Below are positions 15,804 to 34,900 of a stretch of DNA of 64,000 bases, one piece after another (position 1 is the stretch's first letter; each line of letters opens with the position of its first letter). Source of the stretch: the human T2T-CHM13v2.0 reference genome, Homo sapiens; NCBI RefSeq assembly GCF_009914755.1, contig NC_060930.1; one strand, written 5' to 3'. The translations under genes and the position numbers were made by a program. The notes under the pieces are model-generated. The model did not search any database, had not been told where the DNA came from, and was given only the letters and a program-made list of their open reading frames with translations.

Positions 15804-17254
15804 AAAGAGTACACTGTATAGCTTCCACCTGTGATTCCTAGTGTACTTTACAATGCTTAGAGCACAATAGAGAATCAATAAGTACTGTATTGAACATGTG
15901 AATGTAAAATACTGAATTAGAAGGTGAAGGATAAAGAGGGATTATCTGTGGCCTTGTAACCAAGAAAATTATAAAGGTAGTAAAAGAAGATAACAGATTG
16001 TAAATACCACAATAACAGTATAAACCAATTGTATTAGAGGAACCAAAAACTTCATGCAGAACGTGTTAAACAACATTCTAGGACTCTGAGCAGGGAAGAG
16101 CGACATGACAAAAAACGTGTTTAGGTTGAACAGTATGTGTTAGACAGGGAGGACACAAGAGGGACTAACACTGAAATCTGGATATCATCACCTGGTCTAA
16201 TTTTATAGTTGTAAGAAGAGAGTAAGGAAAAAGGATGGATCTGTGGTCCTAATATTACTTAGATTTATAGGCCCCTATAAATTGGCATGGCATATTTGGC
16301 TTGGTTTAAAAAGTGTTTTGAGGGAAAAAATGTAAGTATGATCCGTATAAGTATATGTAAACTAATGGAAGAAAACAGTACACTCATAGTCACCTTCCTA
16401 TTTCCTAGAAAGTTCCTGTGAAGAGTTTTAAAAGATTAACTGCTTAAGCATTATACTAAAAATAATCTGAAATATATGAGGGCGAGGAAACCACCAAAAA
16501 ATCCATAGATTAACTCAACAAAATTATATTTTGCAGAGAACTCTTATTTATTTATTTTTAAAAGTAGTCACTGAATTGGTTTTATTTTTTCAAAAGTATT
16601 TGAATGGTAATATTTAATTTTCTGCAGGTCTCAGATAACTTCCATGACACAAAGGAAAAAAAAAATACATTAGCTCCCTTCCACTGATATAAATATGCCT
16701 AGAGAGGAGCCTGCCAACAGCTGCGGGTAGCAGCATTTCTAACTGCCAGAAGAGGAAAACATCTCTGCTCACTTCAGCAAAGGTGTGCAACAAAGTGGGC
16801 ACATTTGGCAGAGCCATCAGATCAATGCCAGGTATGAATATATCATGGTCATTCCCAAGGAGGACTTCTATCAGAGTCTGCTTTGAAGTTACCTAAAGCA
16901 TAGAAGAAAATCTGCATGTTTTCATAGGCTATGAATCCAATGATATATCATTGGATTTTCCAGATTGACTTCGCATAATCTGGAAACTTAAGGGGAAAAG
17001 GACCATTGTTATCCAATAAACCCATTTTATCGAAAAAATATTCACTATATTGATTGAAGTTATAACACATTGAAATTTATGAGAATTATATAGAGTTTTC
17101 AGATCAACAGAAGATTTCTGATCTTTCAAGACCACCCAAAGCCAATTTGGAAACCCCAGGATCCAACCTAATCTTATTTGGTATTCAGAAGTATATACTT
17201 TTGTTGTTGATAAGGTCACATGCATGGACAACAGCTGGTAAAATGAAATGCTTT

Positions 17255-17554
<300 letters not shown>

Positions 17555-18809
17555 GAAATGCTTTAATCTCAAAATGAAAGCAATTTCTTTTTACAAACTG
17601 GAGTGACGACAAGGAAGAAGTGTTACTACCAGTGTATAGCAGAGAGTTTATATTACTAAATTTAAAATCACCATTAAGTTCACAGGAAACAAAGCAGATG
17701 TATAAGCAACAAACATCCGAGCCGCAAAACAAATTCCCTATTCTTTGTAAGTCTTTTCTTGCCATTTATTCCTAATTAATCAGTATGTTTGCTATACTAT
17801 TAAAATAAATATGATAAAAAGTAATCAAACCAATACAGAAAAAAGATGTTTCCCATATTTTGTCTCTGTTTACCTTTTTTGGAGAATGTAAAATGAAGAA
17901 AAATGGACATAGTAATAGAAATATGTATCTTCATTTCAGGCAGGTTCCTATTTGGCAAGAGTTTCAAGTTAATTGGGATATATGAACAATGAAAGCATGG
18001 TTAACAGACACCTGGGAAACCTAAATTTTTATTAATCCCATAGGTCAGTAAACCAAGGATTCCCCAGACCCACATCAAGAAAATCTAAATTATATTTTAA
18101 AATTGTTAGAAACATTGAAAAAAATTGCAAAAGTTACACATGAGGAAACTACCTAACCAAACCCAGTAAACTCTTTATTATTTTCCTGTCTTTTTTTGCC
18201 CCATGATATCCATTAAAGATCACTGATCTGCAATCTGAGTCCTTATTATGCTTGGAGTCAAGGAGAAAGAGTCAGCAGCCAGAAAAGGGTAAAAGAGAAT
18301 CAGTTGTCTTAGCCTGATACCCAATGCAGAGGACAGGTAAGATATTATATGTTCACATGTCACCCAAGAAACAGCTTTCCCAGAACCCTGAGCCATGTAT
18401 ACTGTGACTGGGGATCTGTCCCAGTTATTAGGGTGCACTCCAGTTTTCTTTTGGGACTAGAGTCCTACTGAGAACATTGATCTGTCCAAAATGAGCCCTG
18501 ACAAGCCATCTTAAGTCTTTACTAGATTCCTCTCTCTGAGAAGGGAGATCATGACTTTCTATCAATTGCTTACTAAAGACCTGTTTCAGCTCATTCAGAC
18601 ATACATCCTTCAATGTGATACAGATCTCTGATGCCCAGACCTACCAAAGAAATGCAAGGCTGTTGGTATTCCCTGGATTATACCTGAATTCAAAGGTCCT
18701 TGAGAGCCAGCTCTTTGAGGAGGGGTAATCTCCTGGCATGCTAATAATCTCTCTACAGTGCCCTGTCATTGAGTTCCTATGAGGAAAAGTCTGGGTGAGT
18801 ATGACAATA

Positions 18810-18990
18810 TGCTTTAATATATATGACATTCCTACTACGTCCAATCAAGTGATTTCCACAAATTTTCTTATTTAATGATTACAACAATGCTATGAAGTCA
18901 GAACTAATATTATCCCCACTTTACAATCAAAAGGCTCAGGCTTAGAAATGATATGGGACTTCCTCCAAAGTTAACTAGGCAGTCAGACTC
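18810..18990 (-). mobile_element. MIR fragment
   Basis: ACAACAATGCTATGAAGT...ATTATCCCCACTTTACA...GGCTCAG resembles the reverse MIR core. Confidence 0.55.
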
Positions 18991-19029
18991 CTAAAACAAT
19001 GCTTTTAAAGAAATTAGGCAATATACACC

Positions 19030-19765
19030 AACTATTTCATCAAACCTCTAACACCACCAAGTGTAAGATCACCATTATTTTGGTGGGTTAAGAAAAAAAA
19101 GACACAATGAAAATTAAACTGATAAAATGTTTTCTTTTCAGTGCCACTCAAAATGTGGACCCTGACCAGTGCCAGACCATAAACTGTTATCAGTCTACAA
19201 GGTCAGAAAATAAGAGTGTTTAGAAACTTTTGTAACATTTTAATATTGCAGTGAAAATTTCAAATATATTTTATAAAAGTGGTGAAGGTAGAAAACAAAA
19301 AACTAGACCTTGGCTTCAGATAGTCTAAGAAGCATTGACTTAGAATTTTTATTTTATTCTCATTTTTAAAGTTCTTTTAGATTCAAGGCATAGATTATCA
19401 TTATAGATCATACTTGGGCATTATTGTTTCACTTCAGCATAAAAAAGGAGGAAAACAGCAGCAAAAAAAATTGGTTAAAGTATTCGTAAAATGTTTTCAC
19501 ATTCAGAGTCTGACTCTTCTGAATCTCTTTTTGATGCAGAGTAATTGGTACCCATCTTTCTTTGTGTTACCAAGGCTGCCCAATCTAGGATTAAAAGCTC
19601 CTGGGTTTTAATCTGAGGCACTGACACCTTCTTCAAACTTGGATACTGGCTCTCTCTCTATCTTACCAGAACTCAGGAAATAACAGCTGTGTCACCACAA
19701 ATCCAAACATCAGAAAGTTAAAAAGTTTAAAAAAAAAGTACATCTTAGAAGCCACGAAACAATAG
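19030..19765. mobile_element. Old TcMar (Kanga/MER104-like) DNA transposon with nested hAT-like MER (~19137-19342)
   Basis: Degraded TIR-like ends TATTTCATCAA.CTCTAA and CATCTTAGAAGCCACGAAAC; inner element CAGTGCCACTCAAAATGTGG...AGAAGCATTG. Confidence 0.4.
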
Positions 19766-20929
19766 TATCATTTATTGTTCTGTCATTTCTAAGATTTCTT
19801 GATGTTTTCTGATGTTTATTTGCCTAAATATGAATTTGAAAGAAATGACTTTCTCCGTTAAAGTCTATTTCTCATCTCTTATCTATACTCACAGACAAGA
19901 TTTTGGTTGATACTTTGACAGATAGTCTTCATTATCTACGCTGAAGATATGTAGGTATTCCATGAGCAGTGTCATTCAAACATATGTGTCTATATAACTC
20001 AAACAATATAATGAAACCTACCAACTGAAAGCATTCTAGAAGCTCAATTCTGTCTTCTATTTATATCAGCTTGAGAATTCATTAATCAAAGTGCCCTAGT
20101 ATCTACATATACCTTGTTAATTAATTAGACTACCAAAAGTTTAGAGAATACAATCTACCCATGGATTTGTTATAAAAGCAATAAATGTTTATCATGGAAA
20201 GCTCAGAAAATACAAAAAAAAGCTTAATAAAGATAAAAATCACAAATAATTCAAAACTCAAATCCAAAAATGGATCTTCCAATTTATGTCAGTTTATGGC
20301 GAACTGATAAAATATATTTAATGTAAAAAACCACAAAGCCATCTCCTTTGATGGGATGCATCCCAAAATGAACACAGATGACTAGGAAATTTTATATAGA
20401 ATAGTCACTAATTTATGCTACTATATCTAATACCTTGATTTATACTACTATACCAAATACCTTAACATGTTAGGGGCATCATGTTCTCAAACCACAGCTA
20501 AATAGTTTCAGAAAATACTTAAGATCTTTTGACTTGTTTTGTGAGGTACTGAAGTTCGTTTCTTTACTATCAGCTATGAAAAGGGCAAGAAAAAGGAGCT
20601 ATATAAGGTGAGAATAGGAGGAGGGATACAGGATAGAAGTTAGATACAAATTCTACAGATCACTTCTTATTGACAGAATTAATTGATTCTTGAGTATTTC
20701 TATGGAAGAGAACAGAAAACTGCAATGAGTGCTGACATCAATTTGTTGAAATGTTATGAAAGACACAGCTTAGTGATTCACTAGTGGTTAAACCTGCAAG
20801 GGTTCAGAAAAGCACCTAAACAGAAAAGCAATTAAATTAAAGGAGAAAAGAGAATAAAAATGTTAACTCTATATGTAATTTTAGTCACACAGTCCTTTAT
20901 TTATGTCCAAAAATGTTGCTGAAACACAG

Positions 20930-21630
20930 GTAACAAATGTTACTGAAACAGCTAAATGGAAAACAAAAAAGCTCCACTATCTATCTAACTCAATACCTAA
21001 AAAATAATTAAATATGGACCACAAAATTAAGCATAAAAACTATAACCATAAAGATAATAGGTACCATATAACTATAAAGATAATAGATACCATATAAACA
21101 TTAAGAAACCTAACAGAAAGTCTTCTTGACCTTTGGGTATGCAAAGATTTCTTGGACAAAACATAGAAAGTATTAATAACCCAATAAAAAGGAACAAAAA
21201 GTTTGAATAGACACACCACAAAGTGAGATATATGAAAGGCAATAAGCCAAGTGAAAGGTGCTCAATATCATTCATCTTTAAGGAAACAGAAATGAAAATC
21301 ACAATAAAATAATACTGCACACCCACTAGAATACATAAAATAAAAAAGACTAACAAAACCAAGGAAAGCTAGACACAAAAGGGCACACTCTATGTAATTG
21401 CACTTACATGACATCCAAGAACAGACACGCTAAACTATGGTAATAGAAACCACTGGAGGAAGTAAGAAAGTTGTGACTGGAAAGGAGAACTTTCTAAAGT
21501 ACAGGAAATACTATTCCTTGCTTTTGGGGTGCTGGTTACATGGGAGTGCAGAACTGTCAAAACTCCCTGAGTTAAGCACTTACAATCTGCACTTTTTCTG
21601 TTAATCTTATGTATACAAATATGTGTATTT
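20930..21630 (+). mobile_element. Ancient L1ME-type 3' fragments
   Basis: GACCTTTGGGTATGCAAAGATTTCTT; GGTGCTCAATATCATTCATC.TTAAGGAAA; L1ME-like 3' end. Confidence 0.7.
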
Positions 21631-24127
21631 ACAGATATTATACATACACACATAGATACAGTTTAAGAAAGGTGTTAATATAATTAAGTCTTGGTACAAT
21701 AATTTAATAAACATACATATACTGAGTTTCTGCTATGTGCTTCGTGCTACAAATTATTTATTTTTGTGTTAAAAATGAATGTCTTAAATTTACTTAAGCG
21801 TTCTAACACAAATACTGTGACTGAAGTAGACCATTCTTTAAATCTCTCTCCTAAGGAATGATAGCTTGTCAATTCTCAGAGACTAACATGGTTCAGTGCC
21901 TTTTCGGCATACAATTAATATATTCCATATCTTTTAAAACAGGAATATGCCACTATTAGCAGAAATGAAAACTATAATTATAGTATTTTGAAAATTATTC
22001 GTTTGCCATCAGTTACTTTCCACTTATGTGCTTGTACATTTTTAAATACCTTCCTAAACAGTTAACCAAGGCCTGAGAAAAGCACCTTTACAACAGTGGC
22101 CCTAATACCAGATATGGTCATACTTGATGTTACACTATATTGAATCACCAGAAATGTCCTTGGCTTCTCTGACTACATGGTATTTGTGAGCAATACTTAG
22201 GTTTCTCCAGACTAGAACATTTCCAACACAACAGTATTAATCATCTACAAAACAACCACTGAATAACAAAATATTTCCTTCGGAGAGAAATGCTTACTGT
22301 CTTCTGCTTAAATTGTTCTGCCTGAGTCATTACATTATCTGGTAAATTTTCTCGTCATGAAATTCCATCTCATGATAGCAAATCCTCAATACTGTTGTTA
22401 CAGATCTTTCACAAGTATGTGTTGTTAGAAATTCATGTGCTTTGTGATTTCAAAATTGCTATTTATATAACGACTGCAAGTTCCAGGCAGAAGAAACTAT
22501 TATTATTTAACATACACGATATACCTGCAGAATGCAAAGCACTGCCCAGGATGAATTTTTAATTCTTCCAAGTTCCACAGTAGTTCTAAATTCAATTAAG
22601 GGAAAAAAAAGAAGTCTTCTTCCTGATTTATAATTCTGAGCCATTTCTTTTCATAAATAATAATGATCTAAAATTACTATGCTTGTGTGTACCTAGGATT
22701 ATAATAAATGCCATGTGTCAAAGGGGGTATTACTAGAATAATTTTCAGTATCTATATAATTAGTTCATATAATATATTTAATGGCCTGTTACATGTTTAG
22801 CTGGCAAGTTTCTACATTTATTAACCTCATAATTTTAAATTAGAAAATTATATTTTGACCTACCTACTGCTTTTATTTTGACTGCATCCCAAATATATTA
22901 ATAGTGGCATATATGTTTAATAAATGAGCCATTATTTCTCCAAGGTGTATAACCATACACACAGTGATGTCAATTGCGTTAAATGTTCCTGCCAAACAGG
23001 GAAACATTTAAGTTGTGTTAACTATAAAATCAGGATTACAATAATTTTAATGAAAGATTTACTTTTTTAGAAAACTTCAGACATACAGTCATGTGAATGG
23101 TAATGTAATGCTGACTGTATAAAATATGAACTATGCAAAGGTTTTACAGCTGGTTTTGATCAGCTTCCTTTGTTTAACATTAAAAGTTAACTTCCAGAAG
23201 ACACATACAAGCTCTACATCCTACAGGTAATGATTACCAGATGGAGATGTTCTTCCTGTTACGTGTCTGATTATCATAAAGAATATACTACAAGAAGAAA
23301 AAAAAAAAAACTAGGGCAGAGACTCTGATGTATTCTCTGATACAAACAGGCTCTTCCAAACTTTAGTCAATGAAGTCAGACTCACACTCAAAAATGCTTT
23401 TGTACTTGTAAAATAGTGATACAAGGTTATATTCTGCATATATGGTCAAATGTTTTAAATAATTAAATTGACGCCTTTAATCATTAGCCCCCTTTGGCTG
23501 TCAAAATGATTAAGTTGCAGCCTACTGAGTAACACTAATGATTTCTTACAATCTGCTTGAAAGAAAATCCAACCTATTGTCAAGCCCTGGCAGTCTAGAT
23601 GCCCAGTTTCCTAGCAGGGCCCCCTAGAAATGGCCTCCTTGCCTCAAATTATTCCATGCACAATACTGGGTTATCAGCTAAAAACACCAGCTGAAACTAG
23701 GCTCAAAACTTTAAATGGCTCTAAATTTCTACCGAATATGGTTTGGTAGTTTTTTAATCTCCCTTTGTTCCTTTTCATGCATGCTATGTTCCCCTCAAAA
23801 TGTTCTATTCACTTTTCTTGACTTGTTCTCCTACCTGTACTTCCCACTGTCTCAACTCTCTTTCTAATCTCTATGTGGTCAGATACCACCACTTCCAATA
23901 CCAGCATAAAAATGATTTCCCCCACGAAGCTTTCCCTCATTCTTTTAAGGAAGAAGTAATTTCTCCCTTTTTGAACCACTGTGACACTTTATAAAACATT
24001 ACATCTTCATTAGTAGTATATTCATTCCTGAACAGACCATATACCATACAAACTATATCCTCTCTATTGAGATAGAAGGCCTTGTCCATAGTACCAACCA
24101 TAGGATTTTGCTTATGATAGGTGTTTA

Positions 24128-24465
<338 letters not shown>

Positions 24466-24834
24466 GTGTTCATGAAACAAATCAATAAAAATCTGTATTT
24501 CTGCAAGGCCAAGTGCATTTCTACTTATAGTGTCACATTATCAGTAGAAAAACTCAATAAACACAAAAGTAAAGAAAGATAGATCAAAATGACAAATAGC
24601 CCACACCTCAACTTTTTGTTTTGCCTAAAATTTCAAGAAGTTTTAAAAAGGTGTATTTTGGAGGAAAAAAGAAAAGCTTCAAAAACAATTTTGGAAAATA
24701 AAGAATGGTATTAGTGAGCCAAAACTGAGGAATTGCTAAAAACAGAAATTAAACAAAATCAGATGGATAGAAGGACTGGTTGGGGGGGTGGGGGAACACA
24801 CAATCTAAAACATAAGAAAGACAGGACTGTCAGT

Positions 24835-24979
24835 ACACCTGGCTAATTTCAGTATTTTCAGTAGAGACAGAGTTTCGCCATGTTGGCCAGACTGGTCTTG
24901 AACTCCTGACTTCAAGTGATCTGCCCGCCTTGGCCTCCCAAAGTGCTGGGATTACAGGTGTGAGCCACCATGCCCAGTC
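24835..24979 (-). mobile_element. Alu left arm only (truncated)
   Basis: GGCTAATTT..GTATTTT.AGTAGAGAC...CCCAAAGTGCTGGGATTACAGGTGTGAGCCACC; no right arm or tail. Confidence 0.85.
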
Positions 24980-25830
24980 CTCCGGTCATTTTATACCTCC
25001 TTTCTTCCTTTCATGCTCTACTGTTTACTGCTTTGGTTTTGTTCTCTTTTTTGTTTGTATATCTGCTGTAATTAATTAAATGTTGGTCACATAAAAATAC
25101 TCTCGACTTTTCCACTCTGCCACACAATTTATATTTCTGTGGCCTTAATTTACATTTTTATTTATTATGTGTTCCTTAGCCAACATTGCAGTTGTTGTTT
25201 TTGACCATTTTGACCTTAAACCTTCATATTAGTTGACTGAAAGATTTACACAGTATCGTTACAGCATTGGGGTGTTCTTAGTTTTATTATAAATTTAGCT
25301 CTATTGGTGAGTTTTATACTTTCACATGTTTTCATTACAATGATTCTCACCTTTTTATTTCCTGTTGTAGCATTCCTTTAAGAATTTCTTGTAAGTCTGG
25401 TCAAGTGGTGATAAATTCCCTCAGCTTTTGCTCCTCTGGGAAGGTCTCTTTTTCTCTTTCATTTCGAAAGGAGAGCTTTGTTGGATACAGTATACTTGGC
25501 TGACAGGTTTTTTTATTTGTTTGTTTGTTTGTTTTCCTTCCTTTCCTTTCCTTTCAGCACTTTGAATACAACACCTCATTCTCTTCTGGCCTACAAAGTT
25601 TATGTTGGTAAATATACGGATAGTCTAATGGAAATTCCCTTATATGTGACTCAGTGTTTTTCTTTTGCAGCTTTTAGAATTCTCTGTCTTTGACTTTTGA
25701 CAGTTTAATTATAATGTGCTCCAGAGAATCTTTTTCACTTGAATCTAACATGGGACATTTGTGCTTTCTTGATCTCAATGTCCACATCTCTCCCCATACT
25801 TGGGGAGTTTTCAGCTATTATTTTGTTACA
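24980..25830 (-). mobile_element. L1M ORF1-region fragment, antisense
   Basis: GTGGTGATAAATTCCCTCAGCTTTTG, TTCAGCACTTTGAATA, TCTCTTCTGGCCT, CCCTTATATGTGAC. Confidence 0.8.
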
Positions 25831-25835
25831 TATAT

Positions 25836-26316
<481 letters not shown>

Positions 26317-27818
26317 TTACCTCACTTCAAATAATATTACTGGGCTATAGTAACCAAAACTGTATGGTGTTGGCATCAAAACAGATACACAGAACAGTGG
26401 AACAGAAAAGAGAACCCAGAACAAATACATACATCTACAGTGAACTCACTTTCGAGAAAGATGCCAAGAACATACATTGGGCAAAGGACAGTCTCTTCAA
26501 TAAACAGTTCTGGGAAAATTGGATATCCATATGCAGAAGAATGAAACTAGACCCACATCTCTTGCCATGTACAGAAGTCAAGTCAAAATGGATTAAAGAC
26601 TTAAATCTAAGACCTCAAACTATGAAACTATTCAAAGAACTCACTAGGAATACTCTATAGGGCATTGGACTGGACAAAGATTTCTTGAGTAATACCCCAC
26701 CAGCATAGGCAATCAAAGTAAAAATGAACAAATGAGATTACATCAAATTGCAAAGCTTCTGCACAGCAAAGGAAACAATCAACAAAGTAAGAGACAACCC
26801 ACAAAATGGGAGAAAATATTTGTAAACTATCCATCTCACAAGGGTTCAATAACCAGAATATATAAGGAGCTCAAACAATTCAATAGGAAAAAATCTAATA
26901 ATCTGATTAAAACATGGGCAAAAGATCTGAAGAGACATTTCTCAAAAGAAGACAAACAGTACACAAGTATATGAAAAAGTGCTTTACAACTGATCGTCAG
27001 AGAAATGCAAATCAAAACTAAAATGAGGTAGTATCTCACCCCAGTTAAAATGGCTTTTATCCAAAAGGCAATAACAAATATTGGTGAGAATGTGGAGAAA
27101 AGGGAACTCTCATACATGTTGGTTTGAATGTAAATTAGTACAACCACTACGCAGAACAGTTTGGAGGTTCCTCAGAAATCTAAAAACAGAGCTACCATAT
27201 GATCCAGATATACCTCTGCTAGGTATATCCCAGAAAAAAGGAAATCAATATATTGAAAAGATATCTGCATTCCCGTGTTTACTAGTCACAGTAGTAAAGA
27301 TCTGGAAGCAACATAAGTGTCCATCAACAGAAGAATGAATAAAGAAAATGTGGCATATACGCAATGAAGTACTATTCAGCCATTAAAAAAAAAAGATTCT
27401 GTTATTTGCAACAACATAGATGGAACTGGAGGTCATTAAGTGAAATAAGCCAGGCACACAAAAACCGACTTCACTTGTTCTCACTTATTTATGGAGGCTA
27501 AAAATTAAAACAATTGAACTCATGGACACAGAGAGTAGACAGATGGTTACCAGAGGCTGAGAAGGGAAATGAAGAAGTGGAGGTAAAGTGGGGATGGTTA
27601 ATGGGTACAAAAAACAGAAAGAATAAATAAGGTCTAGTATGTGACAGCAGAACAGAGTGACTACAATCAATAATAATTTAACTATAGCTGTAAAAATAAC
27701 TAAGAGTATAAATGGATTGCAGTAGAAAGCACAAATGCTTGAGGTGATGGATGCCTCATTTACCCTGATAAAATTACTATCCATTTTATGCCTGTATCAG
27801 AAAATCTCATATATCCCA

Positions 27819-27864
27819 TATATATATATGTACATATATACGTATATATGTACATATATATATA
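27819..27864. repeat. TA-rich microsatellite forming a perfect 46-bp palindrome
   Basis: Self-complementary about the CG at 27841-27842 (core TGTACATATATACGTATATATGTACA). Confidence 0.9.
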
Positions 27865-28809
27865 CAACTATGTATCCACAAGAATTTAAAAATTAAGAAA
27901 TTAAATGAATAAATAAACAAAACCTTCTCTCCTGAACAAAGCCAAAGAGAGTGAAATTGACAGAGAGAAAAACAATGCCTACATAATCTGGTCCCTATCT
28001 TACTTTTACATTTCAGCTCGTCCCATTTGATCCTTAACTCACTTCACTCCAGAAATACTGATATTTCTGTTTCTGGAGTACATTCCAATCTCAGTACCTT
28101 TATACTCCCTGTTAATACATGGTATTCTCCTTCACATTATTTAATTCTTTGCTCATGTATCATCTTCTCTGAGGTAATCTAACATTATTACTCCCAGTCC
28201 TTGTCCTAGATTATTTCCTTCATAGTAGTTAACACTATGTGATACTATTTATTCATTTACTTATTGTCCTTCTTGCATACCAAAATATAAGCTCCATTAG
28301 AGCAGAGACTTTCTTGTATATACCATTATATCCCCAGTACCTAAAACAATGGTTGCCACATTTATCAATAAGTCTTTGATGAGTGAATGAATGATAGAGC
28401 TCCTCTGTGGCTAGAAATCACCATCCAATCTAACTCTACGTCTTATATATACACTATAATTGTGGAAACAGGATTTTCTATCATATCTGAATCCACATAC
28501 TTATACACCATTTAACAGGGTTCTACCTTAAGAGTGGCAATAAAAACACTGCAGTAGCTGCAGAATATTTTACTCTTGGGCCTGATAAAATATTGACAGA
28601 AACAATTCTAAAAGAACTGCCTGCCCAGCAATTTCAGCCAATTTTTGAGCCTGGAAAAAATAGGGGGAAAAAATCAAGTGAACTTTCACTCAGTTACATG
28701 AAAATGCAATGCATTAGTTTTATTTCATTTGGGCTTCTAAATAAAATAAGCAATTTAAATAAAGCCAATCAACTTGCAAATAAAGAAAGTGCCACATCTA
28801 TGGCATTTT

Positions 28810-31942
<3,133 letters not shown>

Positions 31943-34900
31943 AAAGAAAGTGCAAACATCTATACATTTGCACTAAGTGCCAGGGGAAAAATGTGATTTG
32001 AAATTTTTTCTGTCCTGTCTCCCAACACAGGTTTAAATATTTAATTAAATATTCTGAAGCATCTCTATGCACCCAGAAACAAAGTATTTATATACATTTT
32101 TTCTATTGCTGGAATTTTTATTCAACATAAATGTGTGTGACATTCTCAAATGATAATTTTCAACCCATTTAAAGCCAAGGGAAAACTACATACTCCATAC
32201 TACCTGTTTTGTTTCTCCTTTTTTTACATCTGACAAAGTTCCTTTCAGACCTTTTGGGTCACCTGTTCTAGAGATACAACTGAACATATTTGGTACCTCA
32301 TTTCTAAGAACTTGGTTAATTCTAGAATGAACTTGATGATTATGGAAAAAATTATTCAGAAATTATGGAAATCCACCCAAAAACCTGATTATATGAGAAA
32401 TGTAGCAGAAAGTATTTAACACTGTAATCAAAATTCCTTTCTACTTATCTCTTGCTTGTATATGTTTTCCACATTTCTATATACTTATCTTTTCTGTTAA
32501 TTAAGACAACATGAATGACAACTTCATTTGGCACTTTATCTCTTGAATGAGATTCAATCGAATACTGGATGATTAATAAGTAGTTGATGAATGGATCAAA
32601 AGAAGAATGATAATTTTTGCTTGTCTGGGGAAAAGGTATTACACGAATTATAAAACAACAGCTTATTAGGTAGAAATAAAAAACACAAGTATATTAAAAA
32701 CATCATAACTATTACTTAAAACAACTCAATTATAATCCTCCTATATTTAAAATGTTTGATCTTTAGGTATGAGAAACATACTTCTCTGAAAATTACATTT
32801 GGAAAGTCAAACACTGAAGGTTGCAGGAGTTCTATCAGAAATTACTTGAAACTTAGTTTCTGTCACTGACTTTGTAAAGTTAAGCATAAATTAAAGGCTC
32901 AATCTTAGCTAAAAATTTTCATCCTATTAGTAATATCATTCCCCATTTTAATGAGAGACACAAAAAATAAAATGAACAAATTTCATTATCTGTATTGGCC
33001 AACTATATTTCTGACATACCAAATGCTTACTGCACAAATAAATTTTCTCCGAATTATATATACAGTTTCACCTAATTGTGTAAAATCGGATATTAATCGA
33101 CACCTTTAAACCTTATTACTAGGAAATCTGGGGCATTAAAATCATCCTTAGGAACTCATAGGAAATGGTAAACATATAATATCACCAAGTCTCCCTTTTT
33201 GAAAATTAGAAATAACTCAATCATGCTCCATTCCTGGTCAACCAAGAATTTTAAATTTATAATGCTTGCATGACTAAATGTGATTTTGTTCTATGACACA
33301 GAGACTAAGCATACATAAACTAAATCAGCCACTTAGACACGTAGCTTGAAGTACTTATGTACATAACAAAGCACTGGGATTTTAAGAATCTTGGTTTTAA
33401 AAACTCCCTCCAGCAATTCTTCCATCTCTAAAACTCTAGGCTTCTTAGAGTTTTGTTGCATTCAAAATGGCCTCAGCAATTGGTTCATAATGATGTCACA
33501 GGAGTAACCAGAAAAACTGTGCATCACTGGTACTGAAAATGAGAGTTATTTATCTGTGAATAGGTACACGGCTAAAATATGTTGAACGTAAATCTATTTC
33601 CATAATTATTAATAAATAAAATTTAATATTTAAGATATCAGTAATAGTGAACACTAGGTGTCAGTGTAAGAAACGGAAAAATATTTTTAAAAACCTGTTG
33701 TTTCCAATCAGGTGTATAACAATAAAATCAAAAGCAGCTGTGACCACATTTACTTATAATTACATAATTCGGTTAACAAGCCAATCTTTCTTTCAAACAA
33801 AAATTTCTGTTCCAAAACCATCAAGAGTTTAAAATCAGATTAAGCTAATTATTAGAAGTTACAAGTCTTTTGTAACCTTGGCTACATAAAGCATAGCAAA
33901 TTTTTACTTTTAAGAATATATATTTTGAAGAAAATTCTACTTTTAGGAATACATATTTTGAAGTGTTAAAGTGCAGAACTACTATACTGCATTATTTTCG
34001 TTGGTTATTTTTCAAAATAATAATGCTGGATGATTAATAAATGATACTGAATTTTAAGCTTTTCCCCAAACAGAAGTTTCCCACATAAATTTCAAGTTAT
34101 TAAAAGTTAAAATGTTTAAAGGGTCAATTCACAAGGAAAGGGCACACGAACTTAGGAAGTACAATTGCTTCTCTTAAAATTTTAGTACCTAGAATTTTTC
34201 TAAAGTATAAATGCTATCATTTATACTAAAAATATCATCTAATAACTTTACCAATATTTCAGATAAAGAGTTTTCTCTATAGACTTTTGAGGGTAAATGC
34301 TTTTAAAACACAAGTTTTAAAAAGATTATTATTAGCAATAATAATAAAAGGAAATGTCAACATCAAAACAGTGTCCCTAGTTTTATGAAAAGGCACTTTA
34401 CAATTTACAAACACATTCATAGTATTACTTAATTTACACCTAATAATAATAATATAAGAAATCTATACTCATTTTAGCACACTGGTCAAGTTTGGGGGCT
34501 TGAGCTCTCTGTTTCATCTACCTATTTATCCATTTCTCTGTTTCACCTCCCTCAAACTCCACATTACTATGTACTTATGAAATCATGTATTTTTCAAGAA
34601 TGTTGGGAAATTTCTTCACACAATATTCTGAAAACCATCAAGTTTGAAAAAGAAACAAAACTAAACATAGAAGTCGCCACTAAAATACAATATCTTAGGA
34701 CTCGAAGATCATTTAGGAGAATATTCAAGGATTTGCTGGATAAAAATAAGTGCTTTCAGTCAATGCTGTTTCTTATTTCAATGATAGTTAAGTTCTATTC
34801 CAATTATAGAGATAAAACGAGAAGGCATAAAATTAATGGAAAAGCTTCCTAAGTCTCCAGGATTGAAATGAATTAAATTTAGATCATTCTGCGTCTGCAG

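Noticed and set aside
22298-22524. - strand exon-like segment with donor ACA|GTAAGC
   Set aside because: Stops in all frames from the best acceptor, and nearer acceptors lack a pyrimidine tract, so it was not added to the candidate exon chain.
22900-23600. Repeat-free, motif-dense block that looks like a conserved non-coding element
   Set aside because: Conservation cannot be judged from one sequence and there is no internal structure to support a call.
34577-34852. 91-aa + strand ORF in unique AT-rich DNA
   Set aside because: No recognisable homology or supporting transcript signals; compatible with chance over six frames of 64 kb.
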